A stretch of DNA of 64,000 nt from the human T2T-CHM13v2.0 reference genome, Homo sapiens. Below the pieces are notes generated by a model. The model was not told the DNA's origin, ran no database searches, and saw only the letters and a program-made list of their open reading frames with translations. This document shows positions 14,144 through 30,754 of the stretch, one piece after another (the first letter of the stretch is position 1; every line of letters starts with the position of its first letter). The position numbers and the translations under genes are program-made. The stretch is taken from the NCBI RefSeq assembly GCF_009914755.1, contig NC_060926.1; one strand, given 5' to 3'.

Positions 14144-15423
14144 TCATACCCCTCTCCTGCTTAGCCTCTCCCATCAGCAGTCCCCTGGTTTCAGCCGATG
14201 AATGGAGGCTCCCAAATGCCAGCTTGGAGGTCATTGTGGGTCCCGATGAAGCTTTCACTGGTACCTGAAAAATGAGAGAAGAAAAGACAGCACACAGAGG
14301 ATTTTCATGAGGCCACATTGATGCACATCAAATAACTGTCTCTGATCCTGAGATTAAGCCCTTCACTCCTTTCTCGTGTTAAAATGTCCTATATCCTGGT
14401 GACTGAAGGTGACAGGGGATTGTAGTGGCAGGAGTTGTTTTGGTGTTTTAATGCCTCGCTTGGTAAGGTGAAATGCTGGCCGATAATACATCACACATTG
14501 TTCCGGACTTGTGTTGTTGAACACAGGGAGGGAGAAACGGGACGCCTGCCTGCAGCATTTCCATGGCTGTCTGCCCTTGTGGCTATTTCTGCCCTCACTG
14601 GGAGGGTGGCCTTTGTCATATCGTCTGTGTGCTCAGCACCTTGGAAACGCTCTCGCTATATTTGGGACCCTTAAAACATAAACTCACAGCTTCCCTAGCA
14701 GCTAAATATAAGCGTATGACCAGAGTCCACCACGTGGAGCTTGGACTCTGAGGCTCCGATTCATGCAGAAGGAGGGAAGAGAGCCGGCGGGAGCGTCAGG
14801 GCAGCAGTGGTCACGGGGGTGAGCTCCTGACCCGGCCGAGGGTCTGTGGGGGACACACAGCCATGGCAGTTTGCTCTAGTGCCAGGCACGCCCACTGCAG
14901 CCACACTTTTGTCACCAGGCCAGTTCTGGACAGGGTTCCTGGAAGCTTAGCACTGAGTGTGGGGCTCAGCTCTCCCAGCCCTACTGTGAATCGCCCAGGT
15001 CCCCTTTAATAAGCCCCTTTGGTGAAGAATCAACACTTGGCAATTTTGTTGCCTTCAGATGAACACCTTGACTTCCTGCTCTGTTTACTCCTTCAGGATT
15101 CAGCTCTGCAAATCACGCTCCTAGGTGAGTCTTCTCAGATGCTCCCTCTGCGAAAGGTCCTTCCTTTGTTTTCCCATAGCTCTCTGACCTCACCACAAAT
15201 AGAACTTGAATCTCTCTGTATCACAGCTGAGTCTTTGCCTGGTGTACCCCACAGACTGTGAACTGGACAAGGAGGATGTCACAGCGCTGGACTCACACTC
15301 AATAAATTCAACCTCACACTCAATACATTCTTGGATGAATGAAATCTTCAGAGAAATTTCCTCAGGGGCATGGAGGCCAGGTCCCAGTGCCTGAATAGCT
15401 TTGTGAGTACCTTGTGGTGCTCC

Positions 15424-15719
15424 TTTCTTTTTTTTATTGAGATGGATTCTCGCACTGTCGCCTGGGCTGGAGTGCAGTGGCACAATCTCGGCTCACTGCA
15501 ACTTCTGCCTCCTGGGTCCAAGCAATTCTTCTGCCTCAGCCTCTGGAGTAGCTGGGATTACAGGTGCCCACCACCACGCCTGGCTAATTTTTTGTACTTT
15601 TAGTAGAGACGGGGTTTTACTAGGTTGGCCAGGCTGGTCTCGAACTCCTGACCTTGTGATCTCCCCGCCTCGACCTCCCAAAGTGCTGGGATTACAGGCG
15701 TGAGCCACCACCCCCAGCC
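15424..15719 (-). mobile_element. AluS
   Basis: Reverse Alu consensus. Confidence 0.92.
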
Positions 15720-16977
15720 GACTCCTTCTTTCTTAATCTAACAAATACATGTTTTGTGGGTGAATCCAGACCGTGTTCTAGAAAGTTTCATCTCTACTCG
15801 TTTTTAGTTTGTTGGTCTTCCCGCTATAATGTTACGTATGTTTAACTCAGCTGAAGCTCACACTTTGGAATAACAAGTGCTTGCTTTATTTTTCACACAC
15901 CCACATATTTTTCTGCACTCGAAGTGCAAAATCAGTTCACACCCAGGGTGTAGACGATCCCACGTAGGAGAGAATAGCAAGTGTGGGTACGCTTGGTGGA
16001 CCTCTGTAGCCTCAGGTGAGCTTTCTGGGGGTTGAAAGTTCTCTCTGAACAGTCCCCTGACACCTGAGCCAGCCCAAGGCAGGCAGAGGGGGGATAGGGA
16101 GGTTGCCTGGCAACTCCAGGAGGCTCAGAGCCATCCTTTTTGTCTAGGAGAGAAAAGATCCAGAGAACTGAGTCACTTACATTTTTTATCCCGAGCCTGG
16201 TTAGAACCAACATACACAGAATGAGGAATTTACAGCAAAATTCACACCGACAGATCAGCATAACAACCTGTAACACTGACAGGTACAAACGCAATTCTGT
16301 GCCTGTTTATGGGAGTGCTGGACAGCGTGGATTCTTTGCACAGCCAGTGAATTCATAAGTATATTATTATGCATTAAAAATATCTTTAGAAAGTCAGATT
16401 CCAGTTCTTCCAGGAGCTTTGTACAACACCTTTATATATTCCTCATTATCACATTTTCCATGGATAGATGAGCTGAGAAATTAAAGACAGGAAAGGGGAT
16501 GTGTGTTGAGGGACTCAGGGCACTCGACCTACTTAAAAATAATTCACACGGACCCTGGAGATTTACGGATTTTTTCCCAGGACCTGGGAGATAGCTATCA
16601 TTTTTCAAATATTAGGTTTATACAGAATAAACCATAAATATTAGGTTTATACAGAATATTAGGTTTATACAGAGATATACCAAAGGTTGATGTCACTATG
16701 CCAGGCACAAGAATATCAGAACAAGGATAATTTTTTTGCATTCAGAAATTCATATCCAAGCAAAAACAACTCCATTTTCTGTTTGTGACGTGCATGTAAC
16801 AATATTCCAAAATCCTACTTCAAATATTATTAAAGTACTTTGCTGTAGTCAGGCAGCTTTCTCTCCTTCAATGAAAGAGCTTTGTATGGTTACTCACACT
16901 TCACTTCAAACAAAGCAGTTTCTTAGTGTCATTACTAGTATCACTATTTTCAAAATGTCCTAAAAATACGTTTTCTA

Positions 16978-17115
16978 AGCCAGGCACAGTGGTTCATGCC
17001 TGTAATCCCAACACTTTGGGAGGCTGAGATGGGAGCATTGCTTGAGGCCAGGAGTTCGAGGCCAGTCTGGGCAACATAACGAGACCCCATCTTAAAATAA
17101 ATAAATAAATAAATA
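16978..17115 (+). mobile_element. Alu left monomer (FLAM-like)
   Basis: Single monomer followed by (TAAA)n. Confidence 0.85.
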
Positions 17116-17152
17116 CATTTTTTAAAAAAATATGTTTTCCTTACATTATTGA

Positions 17153-17457
<305 letters not shown>

Positions 17458-17694
17458 ACATTATTGAAATTTTTATAAAAGTATCTTATTTGGGCATTTT
17501 GCAAGTCAGCCAGATCACAACAGAGCTCTGGTTGAAATATAATTATTATCTTGGATTTCCATGTATTTTCTTTCATTCACAGCTCTGAGAGGAGGCCGAC
17601 TGGCTACCAGCCTAGTAATCTGGAGAAAATGAAAGAATTCCACTATTTAATATCATTCTGAAAACATAGTTGCTGTGACCACTCGTCTGTGTCT

Positions 17695-17865
17695 TTAAGT
17701 GTAGCCCATGGAGCTCCTGAAGAAAACTCAGCAGGAGAAAGCCTGCTAAAAATGCAGCTTCCAAGGCCTTCCCAGGCCTCCTGAATCTGATGCCTGTGGA
17801 GGCCCAGGAATCTGCAATTTAGCAAGCTTTCCATCGGATTCTTCCGTGTCCTAAAGTGTGAGGAC
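17695..17865. mobile_element. MER5A-like hAT MITE
   Basis: aaaaatgcag...ctgaatctga...ggcccaggaatctgcaattttagcaagc. Confidence 0.65.
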
Positions 17866-18233
17866 AAGCTCCATTTTTGATTTTTTTGGTAAAATTCTAG
17901 ACAGAAAAGAAACAAATGACTTCCGTGTCTGGAGAGGAGGGGAGGAGGGGGGATTCTGTTTGTGATTTCTAAATATTTCAGCAGCCACAGCTCCAGCCTC
18001 TTCCCTCTGCACCTCCTGGCTTCCAATCATCGTTGGACTTGCAGTCACCTCCTGCTGAACTTTAATTAAAATCCAGGCAGTCGTGTTCAGGGAGCCTGCT
18101 TGATGCAGACCACGTGACTGGGACCTGTTGGGCTGCCCCTGCTGAGAGGGATAAAGAAGCCAGCCAGGGCTTAGCAATGGACCCCTCTCTCTACCCAGTG
18201 TCTGTCTCAGGCTTTCTGTGCATCACAGAGTGA

Positions 18234-18532
<299 letters not shown>

Positions 18533-18827
18533 TGAGAGAGTGATTTTTATCCCCTTGCTGGAAACTCCGAAACAGGACAGCATGTGCCCCTGGCCAGGCT
18601 AAGGCCTGGGGCTGACCTGAGGCTATGTGTTCAGGGACTAAGGGCCATGGCTGTTTGGATGGACAGAGGCTCCCTGTCTCTGTGGAAGGTACCACACGGG
18701 CAGATCCACAGTCCTCACATCTGGCTGATGCCAATCTTCAGACAGGACTTTGCTCAGGTCCCTTTTGCACACTGGTACCTGTGTAGTAGGCCTCTGTAAG
18801 TCCCTGGGAGGTATGCAGGTGAGGTAT

Positions 18828-18829
<2 letters not shown>

Positions 18830-18868
<39 letters not shown>

Positions 18869-18879
18869 TGTGTGTGTGT
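18830..18879. repeat. (TG)n microsatellite
   Basis: Direct read. Confidence 0.95.
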
Positions 18880-19039
18880 CTCCACCAGGTTCAAGGAGGG
18901 TTCTGAGACAAGCCCAGTTCCTGGCATTCCTTACCCTGGGCAACACCATGACTACAGAAGCAAAAGCGGCTCCAGTTTTATTCCTAGGCCACCTGGACTA
19001 ATAACAGCCAAGGCTCACTTAGCACTTACCCTGTGCCCA

Positions 19040-19250
19040 TCACAGTCCTAAGCACTTTAGAGATTTTTAGCTCATTTGACTCTGGCAATAGCCTGTAAAG
19101 TAGACAGAATTAACAAAACTGTACGTTCTGCACATGTACCCCAGAACTTAAAGTATAGTTTAAAAAAAAATGAGGCACAGGGGGGTTAAGTAACTTTCCC
19201 AAGGTCACACAGCTAGGAAGTGTGGAGCTGAAATCTAAATGCAGCTCCAA
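19040..19250. mobile_element. MIR containing a ~60 bp L1 3' tip (19112-19170)
   Basis: MIR core tgaggcacag...gttaagtaactttcccaaggtcacacagctag; L1 end ctgcacatgtacccagaacttaaagtata plus A-run. Confidence 0.75.
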
Positions 19251-20148
19251 GGCTCTAATGTGCGTGCAGTATCCTGCTGCCATCATGCTCAGGTGATAGT
19301 TTTCTGAGTCAAAAACCCCAGCAAGAGAAATAAATAGTGACTTAATTCAAAGTGGTAAATAGCAAAAATTGTAATTTCTCACTCCTGACATGAAGAGGAC
19401 AGTAAGAAGTGGAGAAAGATTTGCCATCGGCTTGATGCTTTTTGTTTTTAATTTCCTTTGGCCAAGCAGATATAATTAGTTTGTATTCTCTCTGCACACT
19501 TGGACGGCTGGCATGGAGACAGCCCACAGACCTCCTGAACCAAGAGTGATTTTAAAATTTGCTGCAATGTAAATGTCTATCAATAATGGAGTAGTTAGAT
19601 AGCTTGCACTACATTTATACAATGGCATCCTGTTCCACCATTAAAAGGGAAAAGGCAACTCTATCATTATTGGTGTGAAAGGCTTTCCAAGATACAATAA
19701 GGGGAAAAAAGAGAGCAGTGAGTATAAAATATCTCATTTATAGTGAAAGAAAAAAAATAGAGCTGTACGTGAAGTATTTCTAAAATGACACTCAAGAAAC
19801 TTAGTGATGGGTTTGCTGGGACCTGCAGATCAACATTTGGAAAAGGACCCAGTTTCCACTGTGTATCCTTTTATGTTGTTTAGCATCTTTCTCAGTGCCA
19901 ATGTAATTTTCATAATTCTACAGACTTTTTTGTGACAGATAATTTATGAAATGAGAGCAATTTAGAATTGGCTGTAAGTACCGAAGGAATAGAGCAAATA
20001 TCCCAATTTGCAAAATTAAAAATCAAACAAGTACCTAATTAACATGTTGTTAATCAACAAAGTGGGAATATACAGACAGATAATCAAAACTAATTGTGTA
20101 TGCCTACAAGACTTTTGCAGCCAGGATCCATGGATGGGCTTTAGGGGG

Positions 20149-20511
20149 TGTATTAGTCCGTTTTCATGCTGCTGATAAAGACACACCTGAGACTGGGTAA
20201 TTTATAAATAAAAAGAGATTTAATGGACTCACAGTTCCACATGGCTGGGGAGGCCTCACAGCCATGGTGGAAGGTGAAAGGCACATCTTACATGGCAACA
20301 GACAAGAGAAAAAAAGAGAACCAAGCTAAAGGGGTTTCCCCTCTAAAACCATCAGATCTTATAAGACTTATTCACCACCATGAGAACAGTATGGGGGAAA
20401 CCACTCCCATGATTCAATTATCTCCCGCCAGGTCCCTCCCATGACACATGGGAATTATGGGAGCTATAATTCAAGGTGAGATTTGGGTGGGGACACAGAC
20501 AAACCATATCA
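20149..20511 (-). mobile_element. THE1B-like solo LTR inside a MER103-like element
   Basis: Termini tgtattagtc...aaccatatca; 5 bp TSD GGGGG. Confidence 0.9.
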
Positions 20512-21836
20512 GGGGGTCTATGAAACCCTCAAAATGATGCACAAGTGTTTTGTTAATTTTGGCCTGTGCATCTTCTGAGGAGGTTATCCAGAGTTTTTTA
20601 TAGATTCTCACACAGGTTTGTGATCCACAAGAGTTTTTAATAGAGTCTCACAGAGGCTCGTGATCCATAAAAGCTTAATAACTATTAGCCTGGAGGTAGG
20701 CAAAGGAGGATGTCAGTATATTGTTCAAAGGTTAGTGAGTATTGGTGAGGGACTGTCTCGTACAAAGCTAAACAAAATGAAGGTGTGAGGCCATTAGTCT
20801 CCAGAGACCTACTTACTGGCTGTGATGCCCAGGCACACCTTGCCCAGATGTTCTCAGCAAATACACATCAGGCAAAGCACACCCACAACAGGCACCTGCA
20901 CCTCTACCAGTCTGCAGGATTGCATTCCACAGGCTGCAGCAGGAACCCAACCAAGAGCAGATGTGGCAAAGAAAAGGTTTCATTTTCTCACCTAATGTGT
21001 TGTCCAGGGTGGGTGAGCGTCCCTTACTCAGAATGCATAGCCACCCTTAGAGTGTAGCTTTGTCCCACAGTCAAGACAGTTGCTGTACCTCTGGGTGTCA
21101 GGTCCATTTTTCAGGCAGGAGGAAGGGGAGGGGGCTCTGCCAGCTCAGTCTCTCTCTTTGTGAAAGGGAAACAAAGACTTTGCAGGTGACTGCATTCAGT
21201 GGAATTCTGTTGCATTGCATTAGCAGAGCTGTGCCCCATGGCTGCCCCTGGTTATAGGGAGCCTGGGGTGAGGTGGGGAGGATTGTGTTCACTCATTGGT
21301 TACAGTCTAACCATGTACCCCTAGGGGTGCTGCTTGTTGGGAAGAATAGAAGTAGAGAGAAATTATTCAGGCCCCAAGTGGAGTCTGCCATGTATGGCTT
21401 TGTTTGCCCTGTGAGCTGGCAAGCACAGATTCCTGGATCAACTGGGGCTAAAAACTGGCCTAATACCCCATTGTGAAGGTGCAGCCAGGGGATATGACTC
21501 ACAATCTGCATTCACTAGTGCCACTGGAATCTAAGATGAATGTACTGGCATGATTTTTAACTACTCAAGTTTTATTTTGATAAAACTACATGACACAGGT
21601 GGAGCAGAGAATGAGTCTGGTGGATTGATGGAGAAAGTGGGAGCTGAATTGACAAGAAATGATCTTGAACCAAATGACCAAATAAGTCTTTAAGAGTGCA
21701 GAGAGTGACTGCATGTGGGGCATAAGACTTCCATCTACACAGAGTTCAAGTCGAATGAAGTAAGATCAACTTTATTCCTGTGAGTTTCCTTGAATTTTAA
21801 CTGAAAGCCTTTTCTATGCAGGATAACTGCATGGAT

Positions 21837-23926
<2,090 letters not shown>

Positions 23927-23941
23927 CTTAATTAAAAAAAG

Positions 23942-24110
23942 CAGCCAGTCATGGTGGCTAACACCTGTAGTTCCAACTAGTGGGGAGGCTGAGAGGTGAA
24001 GATCCCCTGAACCCAGGAGTTCAAGGCTGCAGTGAGCTATGATAGCGCCACTGCATTCCAGCTTGGGTGACAGAATAAGACCCCATCTCAAAAAGAAAAA
24101 AAAAAAGAAA
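23942..24110 (+). mobile_element. Alu monomer (FRAM/FAM-like)
   Basis: Right-arm-type monomer with A tail. Confidence 0.8.
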
Positions 24111-25342
24111 GCAAGAATGGAATATTTGCAGTGTGATACTTCTCCAAAGGACAATAACTTACTAATTGATAGTAACATTTCACCAGAAACTATTATGAAT
24201 ATAAACTTAAAAGCATTCTCTTCCTTGGAAATTTTCCATGTTCTTTACATTAATTCCAAAATTTTAACTTGAGACCTTTGTATTTTAAACAGATGTTACT
24301 GGATAGTATAGTCTCCAAATTTTCCCTCTTGTTTATTGCAATAAAATGATTGTCCTGAATGCGGTGTAAATTGCAGGAATCAGAAAATTTATATGACTTA
24401 ATACATAAGGAAAAATAATTGAGTATATCTTTGCAAAAACCCACAGTCTAAGAAAAAAAGGAAGGTTTTTTTTTTTTTTTTTTTTTTTTAGTTTCCAACA
24501 GAGAAAATCCAAAATACACAGATACTTGTTCAGCCTTTTATGAGAAATTACTGGAGAATGATTTTGGATCATAGCTTCTCTTTCATTGTTACACAAGATG
24601 GTATTTTAAAAAATCATGTGAAGTACCTTTGATTTACGTTTTCTATACACCCAAAGAAATAGCCACAAGGCAATTCAAAAGCTGTAATTTGGGAAAATAT
24701 TAGTCCTTCCATTAAGGTTCTGAGGATAAATTGAAAGCCATGTTTCTTTAACATATGCTTTGTTTATCACAGCTCTCTCTACAATATTTTAAAACAGGTA
24801 TACTTCACGTAGTCTGATGCTTTCGAGTATCTTGAGGCATCCTGCGAACAGCTTGTAAAGCTTTAAAGTGTCCTTGTGGGAGCTGCATAAAAAATTAAAG
24901 AGATATGCAATCAAAAATGCAAGTGCCATTGTTAAAGTCAGCCTACATTTACTGGGTGACTGGCTGGCCCAGTCACTCTGATTAGAGGCAGCCAGAATCT
25001 CTTATCTGGATGGACTGCAGAGGACTCAAAATAACATCTTGTCAAGCTGGATGTCACTTCCTTAGCAGAGGCCTCTGTGAGTACAAGATGAATGGAAGGG
25101 TCACATTTCACACATGAAAAAGCACATCTGGGAGGTGCTCTTGGTTCTCTGGCTGTCGGTGGGGTCCCCTCCCCGGAGATGACTCTCTCCATCACACCCC
25201 TTCCTCCTGCTCCCCTGGGTCACTCCCTCTAACACTTCCCTAGGGATGCCCTCTGAACCCCTGGAGGCTTCTTTGTTAAAGTGTCACAGGCCCCATAACC
25301 CTTTACTCTGGACAACTTACCTTGTTTTATAATTACGTCGTC

Positions 25343-25645
25343 TTTCTTTTCTCTTCTTTTGAGACAGTGTCTCTCTCTGTCACCCAGGCTGGAGTGCAGT
25401 GGCACCGTCATAGCTCACTGCAGCCATAGTCTCCTGGTCTCAAGATATCCTCCCATTGCTCAGCCTCCTGAGTAGCTGGGACTACAGGCATGCACCATCA
25501 TGCCCAGCTAATTTTTAAAATCTTTTGTAGAGATACGGTCTCACTATGCTGACCAGGCTGATCTCAAACTTCTGGCCTCAAGCCTTCCTCTTGCCTTGGC
25601 CTCCCAAAGTGCTGGGATTACAGGCATGAGCCACCACACCCAGCC
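25343..25645 (-). mobile_element. AluJ
   Basis: Diverged reverse Alu. Confidence 0.9.
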
Positions 25646-27230
25646 TACACCATCTTTAATATAACTATTTCCTTAATGCTACCTCCCCACAAGATTCTGG
25701 GTGGTGTCCCACCTGGCTGCGCTCACCACTGCATCCCTGGCAGGCAGTATAGGGGTTGGTGCGCTGAACATCGAGTAGGAAAGAAGGAATGGAAGAGAAG
25801 GCAAGGAAAGAGGGAAGGAAGGATCCCATTGCTGGGCCATCCAAATTCTCATTTGGACAGTCTGATTTGACAACCCCGCGGAGCTCAAAATTGGAGCTGG
25901 ACACAGTGTTTATTTGGCTGATTACATCCAAATGCAAACAGCCAGCCATTGTCGGTGCTAGAGTGAGGTCTTCCCCCATTTGGAGAAGTCAGCCAGCTCT
26001 TGGGGCTCATTCACCTTTCTTAATGTCACTTTTAAGCAGCATCCTCTACTGGTGCTTAGAGTCGCTTAAAGGAACAAAACTACTATCATATTTGATAAAA
26101 CAATTTCATACCCAGAGTCCTGGATGTATGGTGGGTTCCTGAAAATGCCTGCAGGTGCCTGGTTCTAATATTATTACCTGTGGCTTAATAGCCCAACTTT
26201 GTCAAAATGAAAGGCCGCCATAAGCCCCCAAGAGCTCGGCTGAAGTTCCTGTTAGTCTCCTGGGAAAACTCACGGCCTTAAACTGCACTTGATACAGTTT
26301 GCTCTGCAGCAGATACCATCCATCGGTGCTTTTTCTGCCTGAGTTACATATACATATCCAGAGTCGAATGAAGAAAGACAAAACGTTATCTAGCCTTGGA
26401 GAAGTCAACCCGAACCTTACATAAGGAGAAATGATTTGACTCTTGGTGTTTCGAGTGGAAATCAGCAAGGAGGCAGGCCTGGCATGTTGGAGGTATGGCT
26501 GCATTCATGACAGCAACTGGCTACAGCTGGCTGGCATCCCCCGGCCTGACCTTCACTTCAGGCCATGCCGTTGTCCACCCTGGAAGATCCGATGTGATCT
26601 CAGCCAGGCCAACAACTCACCCAGCACCTAGGGAAGCCTGCCTGGCTCTGGACCTGAGGGCCTGAGAGAGAGAGGGCAGTTTCCTAAAAGAAAAATGTCT
26701 GGGGATTTTCCTCCCCCTCCTCTCCATCACCGTCCACTGCTCTTGAACAGGCTCATTTATCTTGCATTCCCACTCTTAATAAAAGTGGTGTTATGCCAAT
26801 ACCTACCCACTCAAGTGCTGTTGGTGAAAATTCAAAGCCCTCCAGACATGGCATGAGACGATGCACGTTTACAAGGTATTGAATCCCGACGTGATTACAA
26901 GTGGGTAACAGACCACGTCCTCTGGACCTACTGTTGGCAGGGGCTGGGGAGGAAGGATGCATCAGCTTTTCACTAGTTAACTTGCTCACTGTTCATTCTA
27001 AGGAATTCATTTTCTTCAAAAGTCTTTCAGGCCTATAGGAACCTGTTTCCTTTCCTATTGTTGTTTATTGTTTTATATATCTTTTTTTATTTTTCCATTT
27101 TTTTTTCCTGCAAAGATAACTGCTGAAGAAATAAGAGCATGTTGTGAGTAATAGTCGCCTCTTCCCTTAGATATTCCTCACACTGGCTGAAAACCAGCCT
27201 CTTCCCTTAGATATTCCTCATACTGGCTGA

Positions 27231-27602
<372 letters not shown>

Positions 27603-27649
27603 ATGATTTTTTTTTAAGACATGGTAAAAGTTGGATCCTTGCTTCCAGC

Positions 27650-28070
27650 CATGAGGAATAATAATTTTATCACCCCTGGAAGGTTCCTCCTGGCCCCTGC
27701 AATTAATCTTATTCCCCGACTCCAGCCCTGGGCAACCACCAATCAGTTTCTTGTAATATAGCTAAGTATTATCATTCTAAAAGTTCTTGTAAACGAAATC
27801 ATTATTTTTCTCAGAAGCAAGTTTTAAAGTTTTATCCACATTGTCCATGTGTCAGTAGTTTATTACTTTCTGTTGCGGTAGGGTGTCTTTCTGCATGAAT
27901 ATACTACAATTTATCTGTTTCTCTGCTGATTACATTTGCCATTTGGAGTGTCCCTGTGTCCAGGCTATCATGAGTAACACTGCTGTGAACATTCATGGAC
28001 AAGTCTTTGTATGGACAAATGCTTCCATCTTCCTAGGGTAAATAACTAGGAACAGAATTGCTGGGTGATG
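27650..28070 (-). mobile_element. Old L1M fragment
   Basis: ccagccctgggcaaccaccaatc, ctgctgtgaacattc, ctagggtaaataactagg motifs. Confidence 0.65.
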
Positions 28071-28208
28071 CGGGTTCTGTTCTCTGCCCTTGTCATTCTC
28101 ACCCTATTCTCCCGATTGTTCTACATGTGGCTTATGGACCAAATACGGTCTTCTTAAAATGTGTTAGTCACACAATTAGCCTCTCAGTCTCAATCATGAA
28201 TCACTTGG

Positions 28209-29399
28209 TGAGAGGATAGAGGAAAAAACAGACTCCATTTCCCCTACTCTCTACTCACCACAGCACAGTCAGCACAGAATACTTCTGTGACTCTTGTTCA
28301 TCAAAATGTGTGGGAATTTCTTTCCACCAGCAACCGATTCTGCAGTGGACGCCAGCTGGGTGTCCCTAATGCAATTAAATTCTAACACTCTCTACTGGGA
28401 GGTAGCGTCAGATCTCACAGGTTGAAGGCTCAGTCCCACAAGGCTTCTCCCCCATGCCACCTCAGATGCCAGCTGCAAGCACAGGTTGTGTCTGTGCTTC
28501 TGACCTACTGACTATAAATTGAGGTTCCCATGATTCCCTCTTCTGGTTCAATTAATTTGCTATAGCAGCTCACAGAACTCAGGGAGACACATGTACTGGT
28601 ACACAGTCATGCGTTGATTAACAACAGCAATACATTCTGAGACATGTGTCATTAGGTAATTTTGTCATTGTGCAAACATCATAGAGTGTACTCACACAAA
28701 CAGATTGTGTAGCCTACTACACACCTAGGCTATATGGTATAACCCGTTGCTCCGAGGCTACAAGCCTGTACAGCATGTTAGTGTACTGAACACTGTAGGC
28801 AACTATAACACAACGGTGAGTGTATGTGTATCTAAACATATCAAAACACAGAAAAGGTACAGTAAAAACACAGTATGATAATCTTAGGGCACCACTCTTC
28901 TACATGTGGTCTATCATTATGTGGCACATGACTGTATTATAAAGGATATTACAAAGAATACCAACGAACAGATGCATAGGGCAAGGGGTTGGGGAACGGG
29001 TGCCGAGCTTCCAGGCCCTCCACAGGCGCACCACCTTTCAGGAACCTCCACGTGCTCAGTTATCGGGAAGTTCCTGAACCCAGTCCTTCTGGGTTTTAAT
29101 GGAGGCTTCATTGCATAGACATGATTGATGAATCATTGGCCATTGGTGATCAACTCAACCTTCAGCCTTTCTCCCCTCCCTGGAGGTTGCAGGCTGAGGT
29201 TGAAAGTCCCAACCTTCAATCACACCTTGGTCTTTCCTGTGACCAGCTCCCATCCTGAAGCCATCTAGGGACTGCCAGCCGCTGGTCATCTCATTAGCAT
29301 ACAAAAGACACTCTTATCGCTCTGGAGATTCCAAGGATTTTAGGAGCTGTGTGTTAGGAAACAGTGAGGAAGACTAAATGTATATTTCACAACATCACA
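28209..29399 (-). mobile_element. MER21-like solo LTR
   Basis: TG...CA termini; 5 bp TSD CTTGG at 28204-28208 and 29400-29404. Confidence 0.75.
28604..28934. mobile_element. Tigger3a/MER7-like MITE nested in LTR
   Basis: TIRs cagtcatg...catgactg followed by TA. Confidence 0.8.
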
Positions 29400-29795
29400 C
29401 TTGGTTTCTAGAAAGAAGCCCATTCAACCAGGTGAGTCAAGAGAGCCTTACAGTGTAGACAAAGGTACCTTATGCAGCCTAAAGGCAAGAAACATGGTCA
29501 GGACTCAGGGAACCACTAAACAGGGAAAGCTGTCAGGAACAAAGGCAGCGGTTGTGTCTGGTCAATTCCCTTCATCACCATCTCTGTCATTGTTCCCTGC
29601 TACCAACCAGCCCACACATTTGCACGTGGTCCTGCGTGGCTAGCCTCAAATGGGTGGCCCAGCCTTCAAGTCAACAGGATATTCCTGCTCTGTCCCTGGT
29701 AGGTTAGTTTTAGTGTCCACAAATTTAAAGATCCCCGGAAAGAGAATCTGATGGGTCAGCTTGTGGCAACTGTCATCCCCTAGTTCAGTTAGCTT

Positions 29796-30311
29796 GTAAG
29801 TGTGTGTGAGTGTGTATGCATGCGAATGTGTGTATGTGAGTGTATATGCATGAGTATGTGCATTTGTGAGTGTGTGTGTACATATGTGTTGTGTATGTGT
29901 GTGTATGTATGTGTGAATGTGAGTGTGTCGTGTGTGTGTATGTGAATGTGTGTGTATGAGTATGTGTATGTGTGTGGTGTGTGTATGTGAATGTGTGTAT
30001 AAATGTGTACGTGTGTATGTGTGAATGTGTGTGCATGTGTGTGTGAACGTGTATGACAGTGTGCATGTATGTGTGATGTGTGTTTATGTGCAAGTGTGTG
30101 TATGTGAGTGTGTATATGTGAGAGTGTGTGTGGTGTGTGTATGTGAATGTGTGTGTATGTGTGTGGTGTGTGTATGAGTGTACGAGTGTGTATGTGTGTA
30201 TGCTGTGTGTATGTGAGAGTGTGTGTGTGTGCATGTGCGAGTGTGTGTATGTGAGTGTGTGTATATGTGAGGGTGTGTGTGTGAGTGTGTGTGCATGCAT
30301 GTGTGTGTGTC
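29796..30311. repeat. Degenerate (TG)/(TA)-rich simple repeat, ~515 bp
   Basis: Direct read. Confidence 0.95.
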
Positions 30312-30754
30312 AGGCATTCGTGGATTGATGTAGCACAGTGGATTATCCAAATGGACTGAGAACAAGGCAGTTTCTCTGTGCACACGTGTGGTTGGCGCAA
30401 CCTAGAGCAATGCCTTATGATGAGCATTTCTCGTTGAACCCCTTCTGCCTGTAGAACGGCTCTGGCAGCTGGCAGCCTCTGGTAGGCAGCTGACTGCCAC
30501 CATGTCCATGCCAGCAGTTTGGGTCTTTACTAATGCAATTGATTCTGTGCATAATTAATCATTGAAAAAGTGAGCAACTCAAATTTAATTTTACTAAAAG
30601 TGCATCACAAAGCATGGGTATTAGGACCCCTGTCTCCAAAGAGATAGGTACAAATGAAATCTTCACATGTCTTTGACTGATATTTGAGTCACACTCACTT
30701 CAGTCCTGAATTTGCATCACTTTCTGAAAGACTTATAGTTTTATATGTTTCATT

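Noticed and set aside
29785-30427. Long His/Thr-rich ORFs
   Set aside because: Translation of (CA)-type simple repeat.
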